Shown piece after piece: positions 36,426-49,795 of a DNA stretch of 64,000 nt (position 1 is the first letter of the stretch; the number at the start of each line of letters is the position of its first letter). The notes beneath the pieces were generated by a model. The model saw only the letters and a list, made by a program, of their open reading frames with translations, did not search any database and had not been told where the DNA came from. This DNA comes from Antedon mediterranea (Eukaryota; Animalia; Echinodermata), in assembly GCF_964355755.1 (NCBI RefSeq), contig NC_092677.1, positions 15,026,101-15,090,100 of the forward strand, written 5' to 3'. The position numbers were made by a program, and so were the translations under genes.

Positions 36426-37761
36426 GCCATAACCTGTATTATTAAAAGCTTTATTTAAAATAACCAATACAAATGAATAGTAAAATACATGTTTGCTAAT
36501 ATAATTTGACTGAAATTAACTTTACTACATTCTCCAAAAATCATTAATTGCGAGATTCTCGACTATGATTTTGGGTAAACATTTTCAGTGTTATGACATC
36601 ATACATACACTGGTACTCCCCAGAGCCATATTTATTATATAAATATATGGCTCTGGTACTCCCCACAGAGAGCGAACGTCAACAAAAGCGCTCAAACTTG
36701 CCAGTCGATGTAGGGCAAGCGCGTAGTATCATAAAAATGACGTAGGGTAGCAGTCGAAATAGTCGACGTGAGTGAAAATCTAAAATCTATAACTATATTG
36801 AGGGGAAGATGTTGATGACAGAAAATTGCCAGAAATCAATGTACACTGTATGTTTTATTTATAATCTAACTGTAGAGGGCAGTAATCACACTGCATGAAC
36901 CATAATACCTTATGCCAAAGATAGTGTAGTACTACTACACTATCTTTGCTTATGCTGACGTAGGCCTACGTATCAAAACGTCGGCGAGAGGACGTCTGTA
37001 AAGAAAATATTATTTTGTTTTTTAAAAACAATGCTGTTTTTAAATCATAAACCATAGTTTTCAAAATCATATGTAAAAAACGTTTTGAATTTTTAATTCA
37101 GTTATCTAAAATCGTCTAATCATAGCTGTCGTGGCAAATTGCTAATCTCACGTACGTATTAACAAATCACAGAAAATGATTTTTTGTGTTAGTTAAAGTA
37201 TTGTCATTGATTAGTGACTGAGATTAATTTTAATTGATAGGCTCTAGGCCTATATAAAAATAATAATATATTAATAATAATTTATTGAAAACTTCACTTT
37301 TACAACAGTGGCACACTTATGGTTTTAAAAGTGCGTCCAAATAATAATTTAATTGAATAATATTAATAATGAAATATTAATTTAACCTCTATTCTATTAC
37401 GCCAGCTGAAAAAAAAGTTAAACTGAAAACAAACAATATTTTTTCGTCTAAATTTAAGTCAACTTGATTTTATAACACAAACACTGCCGTCTATAGTATC
37501 TACATTGGGAGGTGGGTGGGGATGAAACCTACATTCTGGCAATTAATATTGTTAAATAAGATGGCGAACATTTCGCAGTATGTTGACGAGTTCAGTATTG
37601 CTTAAAATGTTTTTAAAGGTATTGTTACTTTTAAAAATATTACTTCGTAAGTGGTCGAATGTTGTGAGTGTAAAAAAAAGAAAATTTAAGTGAGATTCAA
37701 CTCAGACACCTGACGAGTCAAGACGTTCGCGGGCCTCTTCGTACGTACGATGCTGTCTGAG

Positions 37762-37946
37762 TAAAGCTTGGTTCCCACTAGAACGTAACGCAAGGACGTA
37801 CACGCAATGCAAGCGTTTTAACCAATGACAAGCGAAGTTATAGACAGTTAGCAATCACAAGCAAATAAACCATCGCTTGTGATTGGTCAATTCACTTGCG
37901 TTGCGTTACGTCCTTGTGTTGCGTCTCTAGTGGGAACCACGCTTTA
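37762..37946. mobile_element. Palindromic MITE (Harbinger/Tourist-like); degenerate relatives at ~23826-23978 and ~38024-38140
   Basis: TAAAGCTTGGTTCCCACTAG ... CTAGTGGGAACCACGCTTTA with a long internal fold-back and a shared CGCTTGTGATTGGTCAA core. Confidence 0.75.
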
Positions 37947-38302
37947 GAGAGTCGGACCACGTGCAAGTTTTGTTTCAGTTTTATTTCATACATACAGTAG
38001 TTTTATTAAATACATAATCAATATTCCCACTATAATAGGACGCAACGATGTCGTATGCGTAACAAGCCAGTTGATCAAATGGCAGTTCGAATACAAGTAA
38101 TCTATCACTTGTAATACTTGCGGTGCTCCTGTGTCATATGAGAACCAAGTATTACAAAAAGGAAATATTGTTATTGATATGTGCCTATTTTACTGGACTT
38201 ATTTATGCTATTAATAATGTTGCAAATGATGGTAAAATATACAATGGTGGAACGGCCGACAGATTAAGAATCAATCTAAGAAAGGTTCATCTTTAAAGTG
38301 GC

Positions 38303-41300
38303 TCATTGACGTGGTCCAATGAATGGATCAAACTGCTTTATGCCACAGCCTTTAACGTCCACTCTGAATTCTTGACCACCCATAAATCCTTCAGCCATTG
38401 CAGGTATACATGAGATGTATAGTTCTTGGTCACGATAAACACATCTGTTAAAATGTAGATATGACATTTCCAATGATAAATACTCTTGATTAAATGCTCA
38501 ATGTCTGATTGATATAATATCAAACATGTGTCCCTTTGATGTCTTTTTACTTAGGTAGACTCTGGTTTGCATTTCTTAATTAAAGTAGGCCTACAGTAAT
38601 TTGTATTTCTGTACAGTATTTTCAATGAATGATTTGTGTGGGGTTCTGCTAAAGAAAGCAATGTTTATGTATCAAAGATTTGATTTTGATTTGAAATTTA
38701 CCTGCAGTAGTCATCTCGTCCGTCTCCATTTTGATCTCGAACATACCATTCTCCGGGGCGACCTGGTTCAAACATTCTATCAAATCCATAATTAAATTCA
38801 CTCACACCTTCGCTGCCAGCTAGAGCGCAAGTAAGATCTAAGTTGTTGTTTTCATCCCTAATAACTCTGAAAAGTGGAAAGAAAATGATATAATATTTTT
38901 CATTAAGTAAGTAAGATCAAGTTCGCGACAATGGTTTCAGTACTACTCTTTGAAACCTACGTTATTACAGCTGCCATCATCACAACCTGCAGCATTGTTA
39001 AATTGGTAAAAATCTCCACTCTGTTATTATTATTATGTACCCAATTATTTTTTGATTTACAATATTGATAACACAATTTTGAAATCATTAAGATTTCGAT
39101 TTGCGATTTTATATCAGAATACTGTAGTTACCTGCAGTAATCATTAGCAGCTCCCTGTCCTTGGACATCCACCCAGCCTCGGAAGTATTCCGACAGGCCA
39201 TGAGTAGTGATGTCATATCGTCTAGATTTAATTTGTACACAATTTGAGGAAGATGATTCTTCGCCATCAATAGGTTGGTCGATGCTCTCTTCTGTAATTA
39301 AAGCGTGAAAATGTCAGTCTCCAACAATATGTTATTATTATAGCACATCGAGAACTAACGCGGCGGGATAAACGAAAGGGCAAAGTGCCTCGCGGTCGCA
39401 GCTGTTTCAATGTTGAATTAGGGCAATTAATGATAGGAACGATTTACCAGAGAAGGCAGTCAAGGTATCATCTGTTAAATTCAAGTTAATGGTTGAGAAA
39501 CTGGTTAAATCATCCATGAAGTTCAACCAATAACAACGTGTGGAAAGGATTGCTAGAGGGAGGACAGACACAAGCATTTACTACGCCTAACAAAGTAAAA
39601 TATTAAGATGCCCTTACGTTCCGTCTCAAAACATAAAATATAGCAGTGTACATTAACATTAACAAAAATAATCTGTACCATTATCTACTGATCCTGTATT
39701 GCAATTGTCAGTAGGCATGAGATGACATTGAAGAAGTTCATTTCCACTCTGCCCCAAAGATGCAAATGCATTTCCACATTTACTGGCAACTGCTTCGCAC
39801 AAGCTGCGACAGGGAAGCAGTAGTGGTCCATCTGTACACGGTGGGGAAAACATTGAGCAGGCATATACTTTCAAATCAGGAGCACAGTCCGATGAGATAA
39901 ATGGAAAAAACGATCCCATAATACTCGCTGCTTCATCTTGCGATGTACTTCCGATGAGGTTTGGAACTCGTGTTGTATTATACGACAATCCTTCACAGTA
40001 TGGATTTCTAAGTGGTTCACATCCGCCCTGTTGAAGATTGGGCACTGTTGGATCTGAAAAGAAAATGGTCATATTTTACTTATGGTAATTTTCCATGAAT
40101 ATGAGATGGTCTAAAATGAATTAAAGTCAAAGAAATGTTTAGTGTACACAATGCTGAACGCACCTAGCAACTTGAAACCCACACTCATCCCATCCCATTT
40201 ACAACAAGCTTTCAAAGCTCATGGATGTTCGATAACATATTGAAAAGATAATGTGCTTACTTGTCACCGTGACATTCTCAACATTTATGTCTTCATTGCA
40301 TGTATCTTCCTCATTCGTAAACTTTGAACACTCCAATTCTTCAGGCCATTTCATGCCCACTAGTGACAGAAAATCCTGGCAATCATTACTTACTCGTTCA
40401 CACATGTTGCGGCAGGGTTTAGCGCTGCCTTCTGGCGTGCACTTTGGTGCGTATACTGAGCACAGAAATGAAATCATCTCGGTTGAGCAATCTAAGCCAA
40501 CCAGAATAGCGTTGTCAATGAAACCGTTCATGGCATCGACCTGGGACGTGTGCCCTAAAACGTTTGGTAAACGTGTCATGTTGTATGCCATATCAACGCA
40601 TACGGGTAACGACATATATTGACAAGAACCGTCTGCAATAATCCCAGTATCTGAACCACCAACAGCTTCTTCAACGACTTCTTCAACTGTGATTCCACCA
40701 TCATAGCAGCCTTCGTTCGGCAATAATGAACACTCTAATTCATTAGGCCAATCAAATCCAAACTGATTCATCAAAGATAGACATTCATCTCGTGCCATTT
40801 CACACAACCAACGGCAAGGCCTCTTCGGCGGGCTTTCAACGGAGCAGTTTGGAGCATAGGCACCACACAAAAACACCTTCATGGCAGGCGAACATTCAAC
40901 TTTAACTAACGGGTAAAATTGATGGATAACTAGTCCAGCCGTTTCTTGGGTTCTATGTCTGGCCATGTTGGGCATCCTTGTGTGAGTATAACCTATATCT
41001 GTACACATTGGAATCGTAATAGGTTCACACTGATCATCAACTTGAGGGGGCATTGTTGATACTGTAAAAAAAAATTAAAATATTAAATTTCATTTAAGTT
41101 TTGTAATGTTAATAGTTTTTTCGCCCTTTTCATGCTTCCGATTTTTCATTCTCTCAGGTGGCATAATATCAGTCTTTTTATAAAAGAGATGATTTTTAAC
41201 TTTGCACGTTTGATAAGTCTGACCCCTGATGGTTACTACGGTACTGCACTGGACTCTTTTTTACGACATGTCACTAAAGGCGAAAGAAAAACGAATTTAG

Positions 41301-44300
41301 GGAATAAAATCTACGGTACACTGCACAGAAGATGTAACGAAACGAATAGCTGACTTGTTGTTGAAGGTAAATTATGGATGGATGATGCGTCTGTTTTACC
41401 TGCATCATATTCTGCACATCCAGAATATTCATTTGTGAATTGTGAACATTCCGATATCTACTTTGGCCACCTTATCAACACCGTCTCTCACGTTCGCACA
41501 AATTACGACATGGTTTCGCATATCCATCTGCCGTGCACTTCGGTGTGTATAAAGAACATACGAAGGGTATCATTGACGTTGAACAGCGAGTTGCAAGTAT
41601 CTGTGTGTTATCAAATAAGCCTGCAAAAGCTTCCTCTTGTGTTGTATGACCAAACATATTTGGCAGACGTGTTTGCTTGTATGGAACACTTGAACAGGTG
41701 AGCAAAGTGATGTCTTCACAAACAGCTTCCACAGTGTGTTCAACTTCTCTTTTAATCCCACCGTCAAAGCAGTTTTCGTTTGGAAGAGACGCACAATCAT
41801 AGTATCCACTATCAGGCCACAGGAACCCGTAACTGGGCATCAAAGGTGCACATCCAATCTTCGACATTTCACACAATGATCTACACGGTATTATTTCAGC
41901 ATCGGTACAGTTTGGTGCATACATCGCACAAAGGTATGGTTGCAGTGCTATTGAACATTCGATTTCCACTAGTGGTCAGAATTGATGAACCTGCAAAACT
42001 GCTGATTGTTGGCTGTATTCACCAAATAGGTTAGGAACCATAGTGTGCTTATAGTTTAGGCTTTGGCACATTGGGATTATCAGTGGTTCGCACTGAAGCG
42101 GTCCTACCGTAGTTGGTGCCGCTATCACTGCAAATGTAAAATAAAATAAAATATACATGCATACATGCCTAAAATAGGACTTCATATTTTAAACGGGTAG
42201 AATTAATCCACTCAAAGTGTAATCGTAACATTTACCTTCGCTTGAGAATCCACCGTCAAAGCACTCTTCTGTTGGTAGTGCTTCGCAGTTTAGTTGTGGC
42301 GGCCAAGCCAATCCAAACTGCTTTAAAAGTGATGAACAGTCACTTTTAGCCTTTTCACAAAATGACCTACATGGCGGCTGTGCTGGTGTGCCTTCAGAAC
42401 AGCTTGGTGCATACATAGAACAAAGATATGGTTTAAATGCTGGAGAGCATTCATATTGAATAAGTGGTGTCAATGACGTCATTACAATTTGAGCATCTTC
42501 TTGAGACATTTGCCCCACCATGTTTGGCACCATGGTATGAGAATATCCTAGATCTTGACAGGTTGAAATTGTCAAACGTTCACATTTTGAATCTAATTGA
42601 AAAAAAGTAACATACATACTTTATTTTTGACAACGTTTGTCACTGACATTACCAAAACATGCAACATGTGATGCGCACTAACAGCAGTTTTTGCCGCATT
42701 GTAGAGTCATAAGTATTTTCCGATTAAGTCAAATCACTAACATATGTTTCCTTTATTGTAGTGAACATCTTCATAACCACCGACAATGTAAAATTTAGTT
42801 CTTACCTTCTTCACCTTCGCTTGTGATTTCACCGTCAAAGCACTCTTCTGTTGGTAGCGCTGAGCAGTTTAGTTGTGCCGGCCAAGCAAATCCAAACTCC
42901 TGTAAAGCAGATGAACAGTCACTTCTCGCCTTTTCACAGAAAGACCTACATGGCGGCTGTATTGGTTTGTCTTCAGAACAGCTTGGTGCATACAGAGAAC
43001 AGAGGAATGGTTTCAGTGCTGGAGAGCAGCCGTATTGTATAAGAGGAGTAAATGACGTCAGTATAAGTTGAGCGTCTTGTTGAGACATTTGCCCCAGCAT
43101 CATGGTTGAAGAATATCCAAGATCTTGACAAGTTGGAATTGTCAGAGGTTCACACTGTGAATCTAATTTAAAAAGTACAATACATCATTATAATAGCTTT
43201 TTACAACTTTTTTCTGTAACAGTATCAATAGACATAAATGTGATACGCAGTGCGTGTCAAGTTTGTGTCTCATCGTAGAGCCATGGCAATTTTCTACAAA
43301 AGTTAGTCAAATCACGAACAACTTATTTTGAAATTTTAAAGACTTCTTAAGAGCCATCAACAATGTTAAGTCTAGTTCTCACCTCCTTCAGCTTCGCTTG
43401 AGGTTCCCTCGTCAAAGCACTCTTCTGTTGGTAGCGCTGAGCAGTTTAGTTGTGCCGGCCAAGCAAATCCAAACTCCTGTAAAGCAGATGAACAGTCACT
43501 TCTCGCGTTTTCACAGAAAGACCTACATGGCAGCTGTGTTGGTGTGCCTTCAGAACAGCTTGGTGCATACAGAGAACAAAGGAATGGTTTCAGTGCTGGA
43601 GAGCAGCCGTATTGTATAAGAGGAGTAAATGACGTCAGTATAAGTTGAGCGTCTTGTTGAGACATTTGCCCCTGCATCATGGTTGAAGAATATCCAAGAT
43701 CTTGACAAGTTGGAATTGTCAGAGGTTCACACTGTGAATCTAATTTTAAAAAGTACAATACAGTAAATCATTATAATAGTTTTTACCACCTTTTTCTGTA
43801 AAAGTACCAATAGACATAAATGTGATACGCAGTGCCGCGCGTGTCAAGATTGTGTCTCATCGTAGAGCCATGGCAATTTTCTACAAAAGTTAAAGTCAAA
43901 TCACGAACAACTTATTTTGAAATTTTAAAGACTTCTTCAGAGCCATCAACAATGTTAAGTCTAGTTCTCACCTCCTTCAGCTTCGCTTGAGGTTTCCTCG
44001 TCAAAGCACTCTTCTGTTGGTAGCGCTGAGCAGTTTAGTTGTGCCGGCCAAGCAAATCCAAACTCCTGTAAAACAGATGAACAGTCACTTCTCGCCTTTT
44101 CACAGAAAGACCTACATGGCGGCTGTATTGGTGTGCCTTCAGAACAGCTTGGTGCATAAACAGAACAGAGGAATGGTTTTAGTGCCGGAGAGCAGCCGTA
44201 TTGTATAAGTGGTGTAAATGTGCTTAGTACAAGTTCGGCGTCTTGTTGAATCATTTGACCGAGCATGTTCGGCATCATGGTAGATGTATATCCCAGATCT

Positions 44301-47300
44301 TGACATGTTGGAATCGTCAGAGGCTCACATTGTGAATTTTCTGTGGATGCTATTGTTGAAACTATAATTATAAAAGACAATGTTGTTATTGTTTATAAAA
44401 TTATGCTACCATAAACTAAATAGCGAAGGTGAACAAATAAAAACCCAGTTTAATTGTATGTAGTTTATTGCAATGGAGTATCGTATAGTAGGTACGTGCC
44501 CAGGGAAAGGATTTATTTCATCAAAGGTTACGTTTGAAAAATCTTAAGCCTTAAAAATATTTTGAGTAATTCAGCAATATGTCCATTGATTTCTGCGTAA
44601 GATTTTACACGACGCGCCTGCTGTGTCGTAAAAACAACAACCTACCTATTGCGATTAGGTGTTGCTTCAACCGTTAAAGGTGGATAGCGGTGCGTGTAAG
44701 ATATCAACTTACCTGGTTCACTGGCATCAGAACCCTTCGCAGGAAAACCAGCGTCGTAACAATTATCACTTGGGAGACTTGAACAATTTAAATGATCTGG
44801 CCACTTATATCCAACACTTTCCATGACTTGAACACAGCCGTCTTTCGCAGCCTCGCACAACGATCTACAAGGAGTTACCAGTGAGCTTTCTGGACAAGGA
44901 GGCAGGTAAGACACACATAGATAAGGCTTCAATGCCGGTGAGCACTGAATTGTAATCAAAGGAGTGAATTTATCCACCTCTGATCCCGCTGATTGTTGAC
45001 TTGTTTGATTAAATTTGTTAGGCATCATGATGTCGCTGTATCCTACGTCATTGCATTGGGTGTAAGTAAGAGGTTCGCAGACTAAAAGGTACAGGAAAAT
45101 GGGTTTATTAAAACTTTATTTAAACTACAAAGAACTGAACGGTGTTATCGATGTTGTAAACATTTCTATAAATAAAACATATCACTACGAGAAAAACATG
45201 TAGGCCTATACAGCTTTGTTGCATCATGATGATTTATTCAGTTTCAATATTGGAGGTGATTTCCGATTTTCAACTAATAAGCCTAAAATAAACTAATCTT
45301 TTTCAGTTGCATATAAAAAAATTATTCTACAACGGTATCACAAATTTCGTGAGAAACACATGGTGTTAGCAATAAACTGTACCTTTAATTTAATTTATAA
45401 ATAAATTTTAATTTAATACGGTATGTCACATCTGCTGAAACAAACAAATTAATATAACTGTTACTTACCAGGTGAAGCTAGAGTTGCAAGCTGGCTAGTA
45501 GGAGCCATGGTTGTCAGAGAAGACGGTACAAGCTCATCCATAACCGTTGCACAACCGCTTGTTGGAAAAGAACCGCATCGAAGTTCAGATGGCCATTTGA
45601 TTTTCAGGCGCCTAAAACTCAGTTTACATGGTTTGAACGCGCTGTTGCAGAGCTTTCTGCAAGGGTTAAAAAGAACATCTACTCTGACGTTATTTTCTAA
45701 AGTGCACCCTGGGAAATAAGCGGCACAGACGAACTTTCCAAAGTCGTCTGAACATTCGCCATCAGCTGCAATGAATCTTTCAAATGCAGTTACGGCTTCG
45801 GAAATGCTTCGGTGGTAGAAATGATTCGGGAAATACGTTCCTGTAAAGCCTAGTCGACGACAGTATTCAACAGGAACATCGATGCATCTACCTTCTGTGG
45901 TACCTGAAGTAAAAAGTTTATTGATTGATTGAGTATTCAATATCGATCAATTGTAATTAATATTTACTTGATGTCTATTAAAAATGATAATCTGCTAATC
46001 GAAATAGCCATTATTATATTATTCTTGGCTTTAATTAAATATATTTGTAGGAATCATCCAACTTTATTTTTAAGTAATATCGTCTCTCAAAGTTCAAATT
46101 CTTTCATTGTAATTAATTGATTGTATAAAATAAATAAAGAAATACACAATATTAAAACGTTAAGATAAAAAAGTTACACTAAACATTGTTTTTAATACAT
46201 TATTGAGTCAATGGATATTGAACATTTTCATTGGTAATATGTGGTAGGCTCATTTTCCCCGTTATGCCTTCATTGTGTATTGTACTTTTCTCTCGTTTTC
46301 TCCGTTTTAAACAACAGTGGATTCCATGGAGAAATAATCTCCATGGTGTAACCTAATCAATCAAATAGAAATCACATGTCAATTTCAATCAATCAGTGCA
46401 GATTTTCCATTCCATTGTTTTCACAATTTTGTGCCCACTCATGTTTGGTTTCAAGGTCGTATCCCCAGAGTAAAGATACCAATCATTGTGGGTTACCGTA
46501 TGTAACTGGTGCTGATTATATTGGGAAGCATTGCTATATTATGCCTACATAAAGCCTTTTTTTTTAAATTTTACCGACAATTGAAAGAAATAACATAAAA
46601 CAATTATTATTATTATTATTAGTAAATTATTCTTTATTCCATGTTGCTACACAAAAATGATATAGCCACACAAAAAAGCAATACTGCAAATTCAGATTTT
46701 TATTGTTTCGCTGTATATCGCAAAAATTGACATTTTTTACTGAAAATGTTCCCTGCAATGTATGTAGTAAAATATATATTATTTCCATTAAATATGGTCA
46801 TCACTCACATTTAGTTTTAGGAAAGGTAGGTAGGCCTACATTGTAATACATATTGTTTTTATTTCGATTTTATACAGACATAGAGTAAAAACATTATTAG
46901 TAATAAGTGATCATGTAAAAATTATTTTACTGCATTGCAGTCGCAGTGAGAGTGAGTGCAGTATAAACTCTTTTTTTTATTGCAATCGTAAAATTGTCAA
47001 ATAAAGCAGTAGTAATAATAATAATTTATTTGGAGATTACACTTTTACAACAGTGGCACTCGACCAAATGGAAGGTGCATCCAAGAGAAATATACACAAA
47101 AAAAAAAAAACATGATATAGAAAATAACAATTACAATAAAAAGTCGACGTAGGTCAACATGTCAAAACAATTCAACTACAGTAACTACAATACCATTGAA
47201 CTGACACCTAAAAATACAAAATTACAAGAAATAAACATATAGTATTATAGGCCTATGATACATTTTTATTACAATACAATAATGTGTCTAATAATTAGTC

Positions 47301-47525
47301 TAACTAAAAGTTTTCTAAATAAAATTGCATACATTTTACTGCAGCAACTGCAGTAATTAATGATCCTTAGAGTCGGAATTAAAAGTTAAGAGTAGTTTAT
47401 TTAAAGAGATAATTAAATACCGACCTATGATAGATGTGGAATGAAGGAAGATGGATTAAAAACATACCTGCTAAACAAGCAGCAACAAAGAACAGTACCG
47501 AAAGGCAAACTTGGATGGTCGTCAT
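38303..47525 (-). CDS. Secreted multi-Frizzled-CRD protein (11 CRDs, 2 of them in a disabled exon) with C-terminal DYCR/FG-GAP-like repeats
   Basis: Signal-peptide exon 47468-47525 (MTTIQVCLSVLFFVAACLA). Phase-1 CRD exons 45469-45903, 44713-45081, 43972-44361, 43383-43739, 42806-43162, 42236-42592, ~41355-42127, 40261-41061 and 39679-40053 (CEP..C..GY..T.MPN..PL...CS...FLC..YAP.C...PCR..CE...C...WP..L.C). Tail exons 39132-39291, 38702-38866 and 38303-38444. No TM segment. Confidence 0.82.
41355..42127 (-). pseudogene. Disabled double-CRD exon
   Basis: In-frame TGA at 41976-41978 (HQF*PLVEIECS), a frameshifting deletion near 41480, and a further TAG at 41458-41460. Confidence 0.75.
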
Positions 47526-49795
47526 CTTCAAACGTCTGCTGAGTTTGGAGTCTGAATCTAGTTTGATTAAACTGGGTGATGACTTCTGTATAAATGCCAA
47601 GCCAAGCCAAACTGAGCCCTAGTGCCTGTTTTTATAACTTGAAGCAAGCAAAATACCCGCAAGTTAATAGGCTATTTTGTCCGGACTTGCTAAACAATGT
47701 CGCAGGTACAGACTTATTGCGACTAGTCCATGTAACGGAAGATGATCGAATGACACTCAGCGCCAGGTACTAGCTACTATTACCTTGACATCCTCCGCTT
47801 ACAGCATAATTTAACCTCCTGAACTACTGAGTATTATCGGATTTTAATGAACGGGACCTCACACATAGCATCTCCGGGCCTACCCACTCATCTCCAACAA
47901 ACCGGGCAATTCCGCGTAGGAGTTTCAATAATAATTTAAAAAAATGAAGATGCATAATAACACATTTTGTTATACATATATTATGAACATCCTATCCTCT
48001 GAAACTATGATTTTAACGTGCTTTTTAAATGTTTGTATATAAACTATATTAAACTATTTGTTCAGCACATAGGCTATAATTGTTTTTAACTGACAAGATT
48101 AACTGTACAATGTTTACCGACATTTATATTTGAAATAAAGGAAAGATTGATTTATTGATTAAATAATTGATTAATTGGTTGGTTGGTTGGTTGATTGATA
48201 AGTTCAACAAAAAGTTAGGCCTAATTATATTAAATCTATAATAATTCTCCCTCTCATATTCAATCCCTGTTTGTTTCTTCTGGATGGAAGCTGCAACCGG
48301 TTGGGGTTATTTAACATAAATTAGTTGACACGTCCTTCAAAAAGTATGTAATTTCATACTACAATGTATTAGAGGACAGGAAGTGGGCCTATTTATGCAT
48401 TGAAACATGCTGGTAAAAAAGACTGGAAAACTCATTAGTGGGTTACAGATTTCAGGATGTATAACTATAAGGGCCTATTTATAAAATATTGATATTAAGC
48501 AGAATTTCTTGGAAAAGGGAAATAGTTCATAATTTGTTTTGATATAATTTCATCGAGAAATCAGGGTTAGGGATAATAATAATATGCTGATTCCTACTAT
48601 TTTTTTTTCATTTTACGCCTATTAAAAAATAATAGCACGTGAACAATTTTCCTCATCAAGATTGTTTGTATGTGTTATTATTATTTGAAACAATCTCCTT
48701 TTGTGTAACTATTCTTGTGTCTTTCACTTTACTCCTCTTCATTTCCTTTCTCACGGTTCCTAATGTTATCCAGATAATCACAGCTCTTATCTGATCGATT
48801 AAAGATGCACTGTCATTCCCGTGCACTATACGAGGACTTATTTTAATTGCATTCATATATTATTAAATAATATTTTTAATGTCGGGGCTTTTCGTATTGT
48901 AAGTAAGCCACATTTTTGGCGGTGGTCTTTCAAATGTTCGACCGATCACGCCATCGTAAAAACAATAAAACCGTGAAACTAGTTTATCTCATCATTCCGT
49001 TGCTAGGCAACATTTGTAAATAAAATCCTGAGGCCCGGTTTTTTATTTATGTCATCTTGACTGTGCACTGTGGAGTAGACTTCAGTGTGTGTTAATTGTA
49101 TAGGTCAAGGTAGCATCGACGAGGTGGTATCGACGTACCAGTAGTTATTAATACTTTGTAAATCATAATCAATAATTTAACCATGACTTGATTTTATTTG
49201 ATGAATAAATCATCCAAAGGAATGGAGTTCGCATGTTACTGGGTAAGCTGCTACTTAGTGCATGTTTTAGTAAAAGCAACGACCATGCCATGGGTTTATA
49301 TAAAAACAATAAGGCTACAATAATGGAATAACCCTTACTCAATTATTCCTCTGTCATGTAGTCTTCTAGCGATTAAGCGATTCGGCTTATTAATATTGGT
49401 AGCAATTTTTGTGTCATACGTACTACTCCAGCTTTCGGTCGCGCTTGACTGCAATATAAAAACTGAAGATTTGGGCAAGTCTAACTGTCCGAGACATAAA
49501 AAAACAATATATGATCAGCAGACAAGGCACATTGATGTTTATTGTCGTCGTCAGGTGTAATACCGTACGGTAATAAATATTCAACATACTTTTGAAAGAA
49601 TTCAGAAAAATAATACTCAACACAGCATAAATTTGTGATTTCAATGATGCATTTTAATATAAAAAACAGTAATATCTTATTTTGTCTATTGCCTTATTTA
49701 AATCATTTAGTACCAGTAATAAATGGAATAGTCCAAAAATGAAATCGAATATTCTCAGGCGCATCAGTATGTAGCAATTAACTGACAAAATTTAA

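Noticed and set aside
41976-41978. In-frame TGA as selenocysteine or read-through
   Set aside because: It aligns to the W/Y of HQF[WY]PLV (TGG to TGA), and the same exon has a frameshift and another stop.
46321-46353. CATGGAGA...TCTCCATG and 19887-19904 micro-palindromes as further P footprints
   Set aside because: The flanking duplications match only 5/8 and 5/7, too weak to count.
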